A stretch of 64,000 bases of DNA from Candidatus Latescibacterota bacterium (GTDB lineage Bacteria; Latescibacterota; UBA2968; UBA8231). Both the position numbers and the translations under genes were made by a program. Position 1 is the first letter of the stretch, and each line of letters opens with the position of its first letter. Positions 50,424 through 61,007 of the stretch are shown here, piece by piece. The notes beneath the pieces are model-generated. The model saw nothing but the letters and a program-made list of their open reading frames with translations. It searched no databases and was not told the DNA's origin. The stretch is taken from assembly GCA_965200315.1 (NCBI GenBank), contig OZ241362.1, forward strand, positions 2,336,001 through 2,400,000, written 5' to 3'.

Positions 50424-51719
50424 CTATACACTCGCGAAGTCGATGCGCGGGTCCACGGCCTTGAGCAGAATATCCGCCACCAAGATCCCCGCCAAGGATA
50501 GGGCCGAACCAATGGTGAAAAGCGCCATAGCCACGGGGTAATCGCGCACGATGACCGACTGGAAAGCCAAAAAGCCCATGCCCGGAATGGTGAAGATCGT
50601 CTCGATAAACACCGAACCCGCGATCATTCCCGGCAAAAGCCCAGCCATCAGCGTTACAATGGGAATCAGGGAATTGCGCAACACGTGACGCAGCACCACA
50701 ACGCGGTAGCGCAATCCTTTGGCTTGGGCGGTGCGCACGTAGTCCAGCCGCAAATTCTCCAGCATGCTAGTGCGCATATAGCGCGAGATGCCAGCAAAGC
50801 TGGCGTAGGTCGAAGCCAATATCGGCAAAACCATGTGGTGAGCGTGGTCGGTTAGCAGTCGCCAGAATCCCCAGTCTTCCCCCGCGTCCAAGGATTGGAT
50901 ACCGGAGGCCGGGAACCAGTGGAAGAATTCCTTGTTGGAGAAAAACAAAATCAACAGCATGCCGACCCAAAACGAAGGCATTGACCACAGCATGAAAGTC
51001 CCGGTGGTAACTAAGCGATCTGTAATAGTATTTTGCTTGACCGCGATCACTATGCCCAGCGGCACGCCGACTAGATAGGCAAACACTAGGCTGATGAGGT
51101 TGATTTCCAGCGTGACGGGCAGCCGGTCAAGGATGTGGTCGATGACCGGTTGCTGATCTTTGAAGGAGCGCCCCAAATTAAGCGTCACCAAACGCCAATC
51201 TCCCGTCTGCACCAGCTCCAAACCAGACCCAGCATACGCATAGTTTTTAGCTGGCGAGAAAAGGCGGCTCTGCCAGAAAGGCGACTCGACTAGCTCGTTG
51301 ACGCGCTCGGGGCGCAGGCGGCGAAAGTGCTCCAAGAACCGCGCCTTGCGCTCCTCGCCCTCAAGCGAGACCAACTCGGCCCGCTCCGCGTCCGCTAGCT
51401 CGTCGAGCACGGCGTCGGCCAACAAGGCCCCTCGGTCGAATGCGCCTAGGTCCTCCACCCGCAAGACCAAGTTGGAAAGCCAGTGCAAGTATTGGATGTG
51501 TAGCGGTTGGTCCAGCCCAAGTTGGCGGCGCAAATCCCGGCGCGTCTTCTCCATGTCCGTCTGATGGTCGGTGGAGATCCCCTCGCCACCAGCGGCCCCA
51601 CCCAAGAACAGATCGACTGGGTCGCCGGGCGCCAAGCGCATAATCAGAAAAGTCAGTAGGGTGATGCCGAGGAGGGTTGGGATGGCCAGCAGAATGCGCT
51701 GGATGGTGTACTGCAGCAT
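50424..51719 (-). CDS. Peptide/nickel ABC transporter permease (OppB/DppB-like) with periplasmic insertion
   Basis: LAPGDP, GLDQPL..QY, LGRSF, DYVRTAQAKGL, ETIF, RDYP. Confidence 0.92.
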   Translation of the reverse strand: MLQYTIQRILLAIPTLLGITLLTFLIMRLAPGDPVDLFLGGAAGGEGISTDHQTDMEKTRRDLRRQLGLDQPLHIQYLHWLSNLVLRVEDLGAFDRGALLADAVLDELADAERAELVSLEGEERKARFLEHFRRLRPERVNELVESPFWQSRLFSPAKNYAYAGSGLELVQTGDWRLVTLNLGRSFKDQQPVIDHILDRLPVTLEINLISLVFAYLVGVPLGIVIAVKQNTITDRLVTTGTFMLWSMPSFWVGMLLILFFSNKEFFHWFPASGIQSLDAGEDWGFWRLLTDHAHHMVLPILASTYASFAGISRYMRTSMLENLRLDYVRTAQAKGLRYRVVVLRHVLRNSLIPIVTLMAGLLPGMIAGSVFIETIFTIPGMGFLAFQSVIVRDYPVAMALFTIGSALSLAGILVADILLKAVDPRIDFASV

Positions 51720-51737
51720 GGTGGGAGCGCGGGCGCT

Positions 51738-52742
51738 TTACTCCTCTAGTTCTGCGGCCCGCGCAAACGCCGCTTCGCTTTCCTCAATCAATTCTTTATG
51801 GGCGAAAATCGTCCCCAAGTGCATCCACACCAAAGCATTGTCCGGCGTTTGTTCGGAGAGCTGCTTCAAAAGCGGCAACGCGCTATCCATGTCCTCTGTG
51901 GCCAAGTGGACCATGGCGAGATTGTAGCGTGCGTCCCCGTCGTCGGGTTTGAGCTGGAGGACCTGCTCATAGGCCCGCTTAGCCGCGGTGTATTTTTCTT
52001 GCTGCCAGTAGATATTGCCCAAGTTGAAGTGGGGCCTGAAATCATCGGGGTTTAGTTCAATGACCTTGCGGTAATTGACCTCGGCACGCTCGTAGTCTTG
52101 GGCTTGAGCTTGGGCGATGGCGAGATTGGTCAGGGCATTGAGGTTTGCGGGATTGATCTTGACCACCTGCGACAAGGTGCCGATGGCCTCATCGAGCTGG
52201 CCATTTTCCAAGTAGAGCGACCCTAGGCTGAAAAAGGTGCTCTCGTCTTCTGGATCCGCGGACGCGACCTTCTGGTAGGTGGCAATGGCCGCGTCCGTGC
52301 TGTCGATCTGGTAATAGACGTACGCGAGGTTGCGCCAAGCATCGAGCGCACTTTCGTCGATGAGGGTAGCGTTGTGGAACGAGTGCCGCGCCAGGTCGTA
52401 GTTCGGGGTCTCTCCTTGGGCGTGGACGACGCCGGCATTGTACTCACGCGTCCAAAAGTGGCGGCGCGTTCGTTCGGCCTCGCTTTGAAATTTGGGGGCG
52501 CGCTCAGCGTGCGCTAGGTGCTCGGCCATTTCGCCATAGCGGCCCTCTTCGCCTAAGAGCTTGCCCATGAGTAGGTGAGCCTCGCTATTTTCTGGCTCGG
52601 CTTGCAAGACTAGGGCGAGTTGTTCTTTGGCCTCTTGCGGCTGCTCCTGTTGGATATAGAGCTTGGCCGCGGTCAGGGTCGAACTCTGACACCCCAATCC
52701 GGCGACGATGACGAACACCGCCAGCCAGCACACAAATCTCAT
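51738..52742 (-). CDS. TPR-repeat lipoprotein
   Basis: Lipobox GLGC; multiple TPR repeats. Confidence 0.85.
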   Translation of the reverse strand: MRFVCWLAVFVIVAGLGCQSSTLTAAKLYIQQEQPQEAKEQLALVLQAEPENSEAHLLMGKLLGEEGRYGEMAEHLAHAERAPKFQSEAERTRRHFWTREYNAGVVHAQGETPNYDLARHSFHNATLIDESALDAWRNLAYVYYQIDSTDAAIATYQKVASADPEDESTFFSLGSLYLENGQLDEAIGTLSQVVKINPANLNALTNLAIAQAQAQDYERAEVNYRKVIELNPDDFRPHFNLGNIYWQQEKYTAAKRAYEQVLQLKPDDGDARYNLAMVHLATEDMDSALPLLKQLSEQTPDNALVWMHLGTIFAHKELIEESEAAFARAAELEE

Positions 52743-52804
52743 TGGCAATCCCCTTCGAGAAAAACTGCGCGGCGCACAGGACGTGCGCCGCGCAACGGTC
52801 GAAT

Positions 52805-53839
52805 TTAGAACCCGAACTGAAAGGTAAAGGTATTGAGCGCGTCGAAATACTCAACCGTCGTGTAGGCGTAATCAACGCGCAAATCTTTGATCGTCCCGGC
52901 ATCCAGATTCAGACCAAAGCCGAAGCTAGTGCCGTAGATGTAGTCGTCGGTCGAGTTGGGCGCGTAGTCGAAGCCAGCGCGCAGGGCGAAGAACTCGTTC
53001 AACACATATTCGGCACCCAATCGGTACTGGTCGTAGGCGAAATTGTTGTGCCGGAAGACCGAGGACAGATTGACCGCGCCCAGACCAGTGGGCTCGTAAC
53101 GGTAGCTCAGACCGAGTTCAAATACCGAGGGCAGGTCGGCGGAGCTAGCCTGCACATTGTAATCGGAAGGTCCGCGGCGCAACCCGTCGACTTGGCCGCG
53201 GCGCAACAGGCCGGAACCTCCAAACTGCATCCGCGTACCGATGTGCTTGAGCACCACCCCCAAGTCCAAGCCGGCAATTCCGCCCAGATTGGCGTATTGC
53301 AGACCGGCGCTAAACGAGGCTGCGGTAGCCTCGACGCGCAGGATGCGGTTGACGATATAATGGCTGGTAAACCCGACAGCGATGCGATCAGTCAGTTCCC
53401 TCGCAAAGGTCAGGCCGACCGTGAAGAAGGTCGGCGAAAAGTCCGCGCCGGTGCCGTCTGGATTGGCCTCGGTCGTCACTGGGATTGGGCCAAAATCCAG
53501 CGCCTTGATGTTGAGGGCCAGCGCACCGAGGCTCTTGAAATTGGCACCGGTGGCCAGATAGTTGATGCGGGTATCCGCCAGATAGGACATCGTCGAGAAC
53601 ATGATGCCCGCGTTGGATTCGGACTTGGACAAGCCTGCCGGGTTCCAGTGCAGAGCCTCTAAACCAGAACTAGTGGCGATTGAGGCCCCGCCCAAGGCCA
53701 TGTCGCGCGCGCCAACCGGAATCAGCAGTTCCGGGGCCGCGGCCGTACCGGCGCGATCATAGCCGTCGGCAAAGGCCGTAGCCGAGGCGAAAACCAGCGC
53801 CAGCAGGATCGTCGAGATGCGAAAGCTGTGTCGAAGCAT
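52805..53839 (-). CDS. PorV/PorQ-family (UPF0164-like) outer-membrane beta-barrel
   Basis: GTAAAPELLIPVGARDMALG, HWNPAGL, VDYAY, C-terminal Phe. Confidence 0.8.
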   Translation of the reverse strand: MLRHSFRISTILLALVFASATAFADGYDRAGTAAAPELLIPVGARDMALGGASIATSSGLEALHWNPAGLSKSESNAGIMFSTMSYLADTRINYLATGANFKSLGALALNIKALDFGPIPVTTEANPDGTGADFSPTFFTVGLTFARELTDRIAVGFTSHYIVNRILRVEATAASFSAGLQYANLGGIAGLDLGVVLKHIGTRMQFGGSGLLRRGQVDGLRRGPSDYNVQASSADLPSVFELGLSYRYEPTGLGAVNLSSVFRHNNFAYDQYRLGAEYVLNEFFALRAGFDYAPNSTDDYIYGTSFGFGLNLDAGTIKDLRVDYAYTTVEYFDALNTFTFQFGF

Positions 53840-53878
53840 GGAATGGCCTCCTATTTCTCTCTTTGATATCCCGTGCAC

Positions 53879-56800
53879 CTAGAAGTTCTCCAAGAACTGC
53901 TGCTCTTGGATGACGGCCAGCTTGAGGATTCGACTCATGCCGTGATCCGGCAGTTCGATATGGGCGATGTACATGCCGCTGGCCACCGGCAGTGCATTGT
54001 GGTTTTGCAGATCCCAGCGCGTGAACTGCGATGGGTCGTCCTTCTCAATCGTGCGCACCAGCGTACCGCTCATGTCGAAGATGCGGATATTCGCCTTGGA
54101 CGGCAGGTGGCTGAAGGTCACGAAGTGGCTGTAACGGCTGGTTTCCGCCATGTTGACGCCGAGGTAGGGATTGGGGAAGACGTTGATCTTCTCGATGTCC
54201 TCCTTGAGGAATTCGGCGTTCTCATCTCGCCCTGGGACGAGAAAGGAGAATACATCGTCAGCGCTGTTGACCCTGTAAGGGATCAACCTCAGAATCTGAC
54301 CGTCTTCGAGCATATCCATCTCGTGGTCACCACTTCTTAGCGTACCCCATAGTGCCGCATGGATGTCGAAGGTAACTGCATCGGCTAAGATGCTTTTGCC
54401 TTCGCCGTATTGATCCAGTGGCGCGTCGCTATAGTCGCTGTCAAAAATAAACAAGTACTCGCGACCACCGAGCCCGCGATCCGGGTCTTCCGAGGCCAAA
54501 TCCCAAGTGCCGTTCTCCGAAGTGGAACCCGAGTTCTCGACAAAGCCGATATTGACCTGCCGCGGTGGGTCGCTGTCCACTTCCCAAGCGGTAAAAGGCA
54601 CATCGGCAAAATCTTGAAAACCGTAATTGGGATCGCCGCCGCGCAGATAGCGGTAGCCTTTCTGCGTATTGGTGCGACTAAAACGAATCTCGATGGCCTT
54701 CAGGTCGGCACCGCCAAGCGAAGAGCCGAAGAAATTAGGACCGACGTCAGCACCGCCGCCAAGGGCACTGCCACCCCAGTTTATACCGGTTAGCCAGCGC
54801 TCCGATCCCTCCCACTCCCAACCACTAAGCGCCAGCGGTGGGCCGAGGACCATCAGTTCAAAGCCGTGGTCCGGGAGGTAGATGGCCGCTCGCTCGTCGC
54901 CCGGACCGATCTCGAACTGGTCGGCAAGGAGAATCTTGCCACCATCGGTTTCATCTATCAAGCTCCACACGGTGTGTCCCTCTTCATCCGCGCCGAAGCG
55001 GACCTGATAGTTGTGGCCCGTGGTGAATGTAGGGTTGACTACCACGACCTCAACCTCTCCCTCACTGATACCGGAAGTGTGCTCGGGGGTTATCGCGGTG
55101 TCAGGCTTGCTCAGATAGCGGGTACCTGGCGGCGGCTCCTGCGGTACGCAGATCAGGTTCTGCGGCGTACTCTCCAGCGTAGTGTTAGCGGCTTCTTCGG
55201 CGGTGGCGCGGTTGTAGGCCGTCACTGCAAAGTAGTACCGCTGGCCGTTGACCAGCGGGCCGCTACGGATGTGGTCCTGAGTAATCGTGGTATTGCGCCT
55301 GAGCCCGAAGTCGATGCCGATCTGTAGGGGCACATCGAGCACCACGCCCGATTCCTCGTCGAGGGCAATGCCGAGGATTGTAGTCACACCATTCTCGATG
55401 TCAAAAGTCGCTACCCTGACGCCCTGAGAAAGCGTGGCTTCGGCCGAGGGCAACTGATAGAGGTTGTAGCCTTCAAATTCAAAGCCGGGCGAACCCTCGC
55501 CTTCGGTGGCCTGAATCGACTCGTCGTCCCAACCCCAATCCAAGAAGATCGCCTGATCGAGCTCGGCTACGCGGACATTGGGCTGGGTCGGCGGCTTGGG
55601 CACCTCGAAGAAGCTGTTGTAGGCGTCCTGTACAAACTGGTCGTTGAATTTCAGCTTGGAGACACTACGCAGGCGATCGGTAGAAATGCCGCCGAGCAGC
55701 GCGACCACCACTTCCTGAGTATCGCCTAAGGCCATCTCAAACGGACCGGTGTTGAGCACGATGCGCCGGTCGCCGGCTGGCAGCGGAATTCCGTCGTTCC
55801 AGCCTTGGGCCGTAGTCGGATCGCCGTCGAGGGTGAAAAAGGTGCCATCGCCAGTCAGGGGATTGGTGTACGGAACGGGGTTGCCAATGTCGGGCTGGGG
55901 CTGAAAGCCGCGCAGCAAATTGTACCACTCCTCGGTACCGATGTATTCGCCGAGTTCCGGGTCGTCAATAGCCGAGCCGGCGGCAAAGTACACAAAGGAA
56001 GTCATTGGCAAATTACGATAGCCGAGTCTCCGGCCAAAGTTGAAAATGGCTTCCGAACTCTCATCCAAGACCAAGTTGCCGTCTTCGTCCAACAGCGGGT
56101 CGCCGTTTTCGTCTTTCTGGAATACCGGAACGGCCGGCCCTTGGAGGAAGTCGTAGCCCACGGCTGGCGGTGCCAGTCCAAAGGGTACGTAGTGCGAGTC
56201 GTCGTTGATTGAGTTGTACACGTAGCCGAGACTTAAATCGATATCGGCCCCGGCGAAGTCGTCGCCGTAGTTGCCCAAATCTGGGTCGGACCACTGGGCA
56301 AAGTACATATCTTCAATGCGGGCTGTATCCGGGGTGGCACTGGTGCCTTTGTAAATGACCGTGAACTTCTTGAAAATCACATCGCCCAGCGCGTCGGTGC
56401 GGGCGTACCCCCAAAGCAGCACCTGGACTTCAAGGCCAATGGGTTTGGAGCCGTACAGGGATTGCGCCGCCCCCACATCGAGGTCGTTAATCACAAACCA
56501 AGCCACTTGGTCGGCCCCGGCCACGCCCGGCTCGTCAATGTCTGGATTATACTCGCCGTCCCCGTCATTGTCGTAATAGGGTGCCCCTTTCTGATGGGGC
56601 CATTCGCGCCAATCCTGCTCGTACTGGGCGCGCAAGGCTTCCTCGTCGCTGTCGGTGACCGCACTCAGCCCAATTCCCAAGCTCTCGGAGGCGTCGAGAC
56701 GCAAGTCCGCCGTCTGATAATCGCGGCGAATGCGGTAGATGCGGACGCTTGGATCGGCGGGATCTTCGGCCACGCCCTTGCTGATAATGCGGCCGGGCAC

Positions 56801-57136
56801 GGTGCCTATTGCGTAGGTCTGGCCGCCGACGCGCAGTTCCTGTGGATCGCCGTCCTTGACGATGCCACCCCAGATCAGGCCATCCCTATAGATGACTTGG
56901 TCAGTCGAGCGCGGAAAGGTTACCCCGGAGCCGGAGGTGAGTGGGTTGTACCCGGACGAGCCGTTGTGCTCAAACCACATGGCCATGTTGTTGATGTTGA
57001 GCAAGGCGCGCCCGCCGAAGTCGTTTTCCTGCGTGGTTTTGGCAGCGCGATACGCGCTCGGTCCGCGGCTTTGGACCGGGCCGGCTACGCCGAGCAAAAG
57101 CCCAGCGGTCGCCAAATAGGTGACAAACTTTTTCAT
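53879..57136 (-). CDS. Large secreted protein with T9SS C-terminal-domain-like sorting region
   Basis: Signal peptide; FnIII-like YYFAVTAY; C-terminal VFPNPY...IRIFDMSGTLVR...WDL...VASGMY...KLAVI. Confidence 0.8.
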   Translation of the reverse strand: MKKFVTYLATAGLLLGVAGPVQSRGPSAYRAAKTTQENDFGGRALLNINNMAMWFEHNGSSGYNPLTSGSGVTFPRSTDQVIYRDGLIWGGIVKDGDPQELRVGGQTYAIGTVPGRIISKGVAEDPADPSVRIYRIRRDYQTADLRLDASESLGIGLSAVTDSDEEALRAQYEQDWREWPHQKGAPYYDNDGDGEYNPDIDEPGVAGADQVAWFVINDLDVGAAQSLYGSKPIGLEVQVLLWGYARTDALGDVIFKKFTVIYKGTSATPDTARIEDMYFAQWSDPDLGNYGDDFAGADIDLSLGYVYNSINDDSHYVPFGLAPPAVGYDFLQGPAVPVFQKDENGDPLLDEDGNLVLDESSEAIFNFGRRLGYRNLPMTSFVYFAAGSAIDDPELGEYIGTEEWYNLLRGFQPQPDIGNPVPYTNPLTGDGTFFTLDGDPTTAQGWNDGIPLPAGDRRIVLNTGPFEMALGDTQEVVVALLGGISTDRLRSVSKLKFNDQFVQDAYNSFFEVPKPPTQPNVRVAELDQAIFLDWGWDDESIQATEGEGSPGFEFEGYNLYQLPSAEATLSQGVRVATFDIENGVTTILGIALDEESGVVLDVPLQIGIDFGLRRNTTITQDHIRSGPLVNGQRYYFAVTAYNRATAEEAANTTLESTPQNLICVPQEPPPGTRYLSKPDTAITPEHTSGISEGEVEVVVVNPTFTTGHNYQVRFGADEEGHTVWSLIDETDGGKILLADQFEIGPGDERAAIYLPDHGFELMVLGPPLALSGWEWEGSERWLTGINWGGSALGGGADVGPNFFGSSLGGADLKAIEIRFSRTNTQKGYRYLRGGDPNYGFQDFADVPFTAWEVDSDPPRQVNIGFVENSGSTSENGTWDLASEDPDRGLGGREYLFIFDSDYSDAPLDQYGEGKSILADAVTFDIHAALWGTLRSGDHEMDMLEDGQILRLIPYRVNSADDVFSFLVPGRDENAEFLKEDIEKINVFPNPYLGVNMAETSRYSHFVTFSHLPSKANIRIFDMSGTLVRTIEKDDPSQFTRWDLQNHNALPVASGMYIAHIELPDHGMSRILKLAVIQEQQFLENF

Positions 57137-57153
57137 AACGTTTTCCTCCCTTT

Positions 57154-60100
57154 TTACAAGCCCAGTTTGATCCCTAAACGGATCTGGCGCGGCGAGCCAA
57201 ACAGGTCTCCACCTTCGGTGTTCCAGTAGTGCTGCCGATTGGCCAAATTGATGGCCTCGTATAGCTGCCGGTACGTATCACTGCCACTGGCTGCAATAAT
57301 TTGGCTGCTCAGATCGGGGTTGGTGAGGAAACCGTCGTCCTCGGCACTGCCGGTGCGGCCGTACACGTTAATCACGTTTTTGCGGTTGAACAGATTATAG
57401 ACAGAGAGATAAAGCTGTGCATCGGCACCGAACAGACCAAAGCCTTTATCCACTTTCAGATCAACCTCAAACGTCCAAGGCGTCGAAGAGGCGTTGATGC
57501 TTTCTAAAGGCTTGCGCGAGCGCGGATCGTCGTTGGCGAGGATGCCACCCTCTTCGGGGCCGCGCTGGCCAATGGACCCGCTCGACAGGGTGAAATTGTG
57601 GCCGCTGCTAAAGTAAAACAGCAGGTTGGCCCCCAGATTCTCTAGGATCGGCCCACCGTCGTTGTCGGCAAAGCGATAGTCAACAAAGATGTTGCCTCGA
57701 TGCGCCTCATTAAAATCCAACGGCGAAATGATGGTGGGCAAGTTGGTGTTGTTCTCAACCCCAGAAACGGCCGAATTGGTCGATGAGCCGGTGCCGCGAG
57801 CATCCGACAGGGTATAGTTAAGCTCAGTGCGCAACCGATTGATACGACGCAACTTGAAGACGAACTCCAAACCCTTGGTCGTAGCAAAGTCGCCGTTTTG
57901 CAGGAAATTGTACGCGCTGGCGTTCTTCGCGCTCGCCGAAATGTTCTGGCGCTGAATCTGCAACTGCCCTTTTACGTCGCGGTAGAAGCCAGTGATGTCG
58001 AAGGAAGCCATGTCGGTAAATTGACGTTCAAAGCCGATCTCGTATTGGGTCGTGCGGATCGGCTCAATGTCGAAGGCCGTGGGCACGGAGATGAAATTTT
58101 GGCCGCCTAGCTCCAAGGCCAGCCGTGCCCCGCCGGCGTACATGGAGCGCATGGCTGGCATTTGCGAGAAGCGGCCGTACTGCACGTGGAAGACCGTCCG
58201 ATCCGACACTGGAAACGAGAACCCGAGTCGCGGGCTGAGTTCGCTAAACGTGCGGGTCTTGGTCATTGACTCGAGATTGATCGTATAGAGCGAATCGGTG
58301 CGCACCGGGGCTTCGGGATTCTTGAAGCGCCAGCTATCGACATCGAAGTAATCCCAGCGCAGGCCGGCGTTCACGATGAGATCATTGTATTCGATCTTGT
58401 CCTGTACATAGGCCGAGGCCATCACCGGATGGCGCGGTGCCTCCAGCCCTTCGCCTTGGTCCTTGCGGCCAAAAGCGTCGAAGCCGAAGTAATCGGAGCG
58501 GCTGCTGTTGCGGATCAAGGTCTCAAAATCCGCAAGGCTGCCCTGCCCGTCGGGCAAGGTTTCGGCGGTGGCGATCAATTCATCTAGCACTTGGTCGGCA
58601 CTTATGCCGCCGGCGTAATACCGATCGTAAACCGCGTCTAAGTCGGGGTATGTGGTGGAGATGGCTCTGCGGAGGGCACTGGTCCTGATGTCAAAGCGGC
58701 GCGAAGTCCAGTACTGATAGTTGAAGCCGACCTTGAACTGATGGAGGTCAGTTTGGTGCATCAGGCTGCCACCCCCCCCGTAGTAGCTCTCCTCGGCTTT
58801 GCCATAGGAGGAGGCCAAATCGCCCGTCCTAGCAAAGGGGAAGCCGTTCAGATCGTAATCCCGCAGCGAGATGCCCTGACTGGAGTACGGCGTGAAATCC
58901 GGGTTGGCTTGGGCGACAGCGAGGCTGTCGTTGTAGAGCATGAACGCATCGCCGAAAACCGGATCAAAGTACTCGCGCGCTTGGTTGTAGAGGCTGGCGT
59001 TGAATTCGTAAAGGGTATTGGCATTGAGGAGGTGAGTGCCGCTGACATGGAGCAGGCCCGTAGCCCGATCGGCCTCGGGCAGCCGCTCGGTATTAAAGGC
59101 ACTGTAAACAGGCAGCCCATTAAATTCCTGGTCTTCCCCTGAGTACAGGCCCGTGACCCGCACCTGAAAGGGCTGCAAGTCAAAGAGCAGGGTGCCGTTG
59201 AACGTCATCGCTTGCAAACCTCGATGATCGATGTTGCCCGGACTGATGGCTAGATCAACCGTATCTGGCACCGCGTTGTCCTCGGCGTCCTTGCGCCAAT
59301 GCACCCGGCCGCCGCGGTCACCCGAATCGACTAAGTCGGCAAACTCAAAGCCCTCCCAGAAGACGGGTGGGGAGTCGCGAACCCAGCGCTGCCCGGCCAG
59401 AAAGGCTCGCACCTTCTTGCTGCCGACGACCGGGCCGCCAGCCGTGAACACTTGGGTGGAATACCCATAAGAATACGTGCCGAAGCGCTTTTCGTAGGGG
59501 GAGGTGAAGTTGTCCGTCTCGCTCAGCAGCCCGAATTCCCAATTGGAGGGGCCGGTGCGTAACTCCTGCAAGATGATGCCGGCGTTGGCCCCACCGTACT
59601 CGGCGTTGAAGCCCCCGGCCTGTAGCTGGACCTCCGCTAGGGCTTCATCTATCAGGTTGACTGCTACTCCGCCAGTGACCGGATTGCGGACGGTGGCCCC
59701 ATCGACGTAGTAGCCGATCTCGTCCGAGCGCGAGCCGCGCACATGCAACGTGCCCTCGTCATATACCACGCCCGGCTGTAGGTTTATGACACTCGCGACG
59801 CCTCTGAACGGCAGAAGCTCTATGTCCTCGGCATCAACGATGCGCACCGCATTGGTCGCGGTTTTGTCGATGATCGGCCGCTCGGCGCGAATTACCACCT
59901 CATCGACTTGGATATCCGAAGAAGTCAGGTCAATGTCGAGATTCGTAGTCAGGTCGGCGGAGACCCGCACATCTTCAACGATATAATCCGCGTAGCCGAC
60001 ATAGGTGGCCTTGAGGGTGTAGGTACCCGCCGGCACGTTGAGGATAAAGAAGCGGCCCTTTTCGTCCGCTGTGGCCCCTAACTTGGTATCCATCACCACG

Positions 60101-60252
60101 ATATTGGCATGGGGCAGCCCATCCCCGGTGGCGGCCTCCTTGACGACACCAGCTATTTTGCCACCCGTACTGGCCTCGGCCGGAGCCAAGCTCAGCGCGA
60201 GCAAAACGCCCAATGCGGTCAAGACGCGAAAAACGTCAGCAAATTTGGTCAT
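57154..60252 (-). CDS. TonB-dependent receptor
   Basis: N-terminal carboxypeptidase-regulatory-like domain, plug (LHVRGSR, YYVDG, GGFNAEYG), YVQDKIE, SPRLGFSF, NLFN, PRQIRLG. Confidence 0.92.
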   Translation of the reverse strand: MTKFADVFRVLTALGVLLALSLAPAEASTGGKIAGVVKEAATGDGLPHANIVVMDTKLGATADEKGRFFILNVPAGTYTLKATYVGYADYIVEDVRVSADLTTNLDIDLTSSDIQVDEVVIRAERPIIDKTATNAVRIVDAEDIELLPFRGVASVINLQPGVVYDEGTLHVRGSRSDEIGYYVDGATVRNPVTGGVAVNLIDEALAEVQLQAGGFNAEYGGANAGIILQELRTGPSNWEFGLLSETDNFTSPYEKRFGTYSYGYSTQVFTAGGPVVGSKKVRAFLAGQRWVRDSPPVFWEGFEFADLVDSGDRGGRVHWRKDAEDNAVPDTVDLAISPGNIDHRGLQAMTFNGTLLFDLQPFQVRVTGLYSGEDQEFNGLPVYSAFNTERLPEADRATGLLHVSGTHLLNANTLYEFNASLYNQAREYFDPVFGDAFMLYNDSLAVAQANPDFTPYSSQGISLRDYDLNGFPFARTGDLASSYGKAEESYYGGGGSLMHQTDLHQFKVGFNYQYWTSRRFDIRTSALRRAISTTYPDLDAVYDRYYAGGISADQVLDELIATAETLPDGQGSLADFETLIRNSSRSDYFGFDAFGRKDQGEGLEAPRHPVMASAYVQDKIEYNDLIVNAGLRWDYFDVDSWRFKNPEAPVRTDSLYTINLESMTKTRTFSELSPRLGFSFPVSDRTVFHVQYGRFSQMPAMRSMYAGGARLALELGGQNFISVPTAFDIEPIRTTQYEIGFERQFTDMASFDITGFYRDVKGQLQIQRQNISASAKNASAYNFLQNGDFATTKGLEFVFKLRRINRLRTELNYTLSDARGTGSSTNSAVSGVENNTNLPTIISPLDFNEAHRGNIFVDYRFADNDGGPILENLGANLLFYFSSGHNFTLSSGSIGQRGPEEGGILANDDPRSRKPLESINASSTPWTFEVDLKVDKGFGLFGADAQLYLSVYNLFNRKNVINVYGRTGSAEDDGFLTNPDLSSQIIAASGSDTYRQLYEAINLANRQHYWNTEGGDLFGSPRQIRLGIKLGL

Positions 60253-60285
60253 ATATCCCTCCTTTGTAAGGTATTCAATACCCCT

Positions 60286-60999
60286 TCACATCAGGTGCAA
60301 CCAGTCGTCCAAGAGAAAGGTTACACGCCCGATCAACAGCGAGACCCTCGCCATAATGGTGTAACCAAACGAAGCCCCAAACGAGATCATCAAAAACCAT
60401 ATCCCCACCTTGGAGATATGACCCGCCGTGCCGGTGTGCTCGACGGAAAAAAAGAAATAAACCAACACCCCGATGACCCCCACTAGGACGATCAGCAAAT
60501 CGAGCACTTCCAAGCTCCAAGTCAGTTGATGTAATGCAGGCTCTATTTGGGCTAAAATAAAGGAAGAGATATAGCGAGGAATCGTCAGGCCGGCCCCGAG
60601 CCCGACGAAGAATGCAAAAGCATAGCGGCTGAGCCACCCAAAGCGCAGCGAAAAGCGCGTCAACATCAAAAGCCCGAGCACCATCGGAGCCAACAGCCAC
60701 CAATTGGGCGTCTCCCCTTCTTCCGTGTTGGTCCATTCGGCGATGAGCTCGCCGTAGATCGTCGGATACCAGTACTGGCCAAACATGTAAGCCGCTGCCA
60801 CACCGACGAAAACGTGCTCGGCAAACTTGAAAAGCGGGTTGTCCTTGTAGAGAAAGCTATAGAGTGCCAAGGTCATGCCCGCCGCGACGATGATGCCCAA
60901 ACCCGTCCAGTCCGCCGCCAAGATTCCGCTAGCCATCAAGCCGATATTGACTGCGGCAAACAGCAGGATCAAGCCCAAAAAGACATACGTATTGCGCAT
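60286..60999 (-). CDS. Uncharacterised polytopic membrane protein
   Basis: About 7 hydrophobic segments; YSFLYKDNPLFKFAEH and FGASFGYTIMAR motifs. Confidence 0.8.
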   Translation of the reverse strand: MRNTYVFLGLILLFAAVNIGLMASGILAADWTGLGIIVAAGMTLALYSFLYKDNPLFKFAEHVFVGVAAAYMFGQYWYPTIYGELIAEWTNTEEGETPNWWLLAPMVLGLLMLTRFSLRFGWLSRYAFAFFVGLGAGLTIPRYISSFILAQIEPALHQLTWSLEVLDLLIVLVGVIGVLVYFFFSVEHTGTAGHISKVGIWFLMISFGASFGYTIMARVSLLIGRVTFLLDDWLHLM

Positions 61000-61007
61000 G
61001 GCGGAGA

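Noticed and set aside
51722-51735. Partial REP-like match TGGGAGCGCGGGCG
   Set aside because: It lacks the second stem arm and sits in an 18-bp intergenic gap; may be chance.
52742-53662. 306-aa plus-strand ORF antisense to the PorV-like gene (similarly 27329..28276 opposite clpB)
   Set aside because: Typical antisense shadow ORFs of GC-rich coding sequence, with no motifs.
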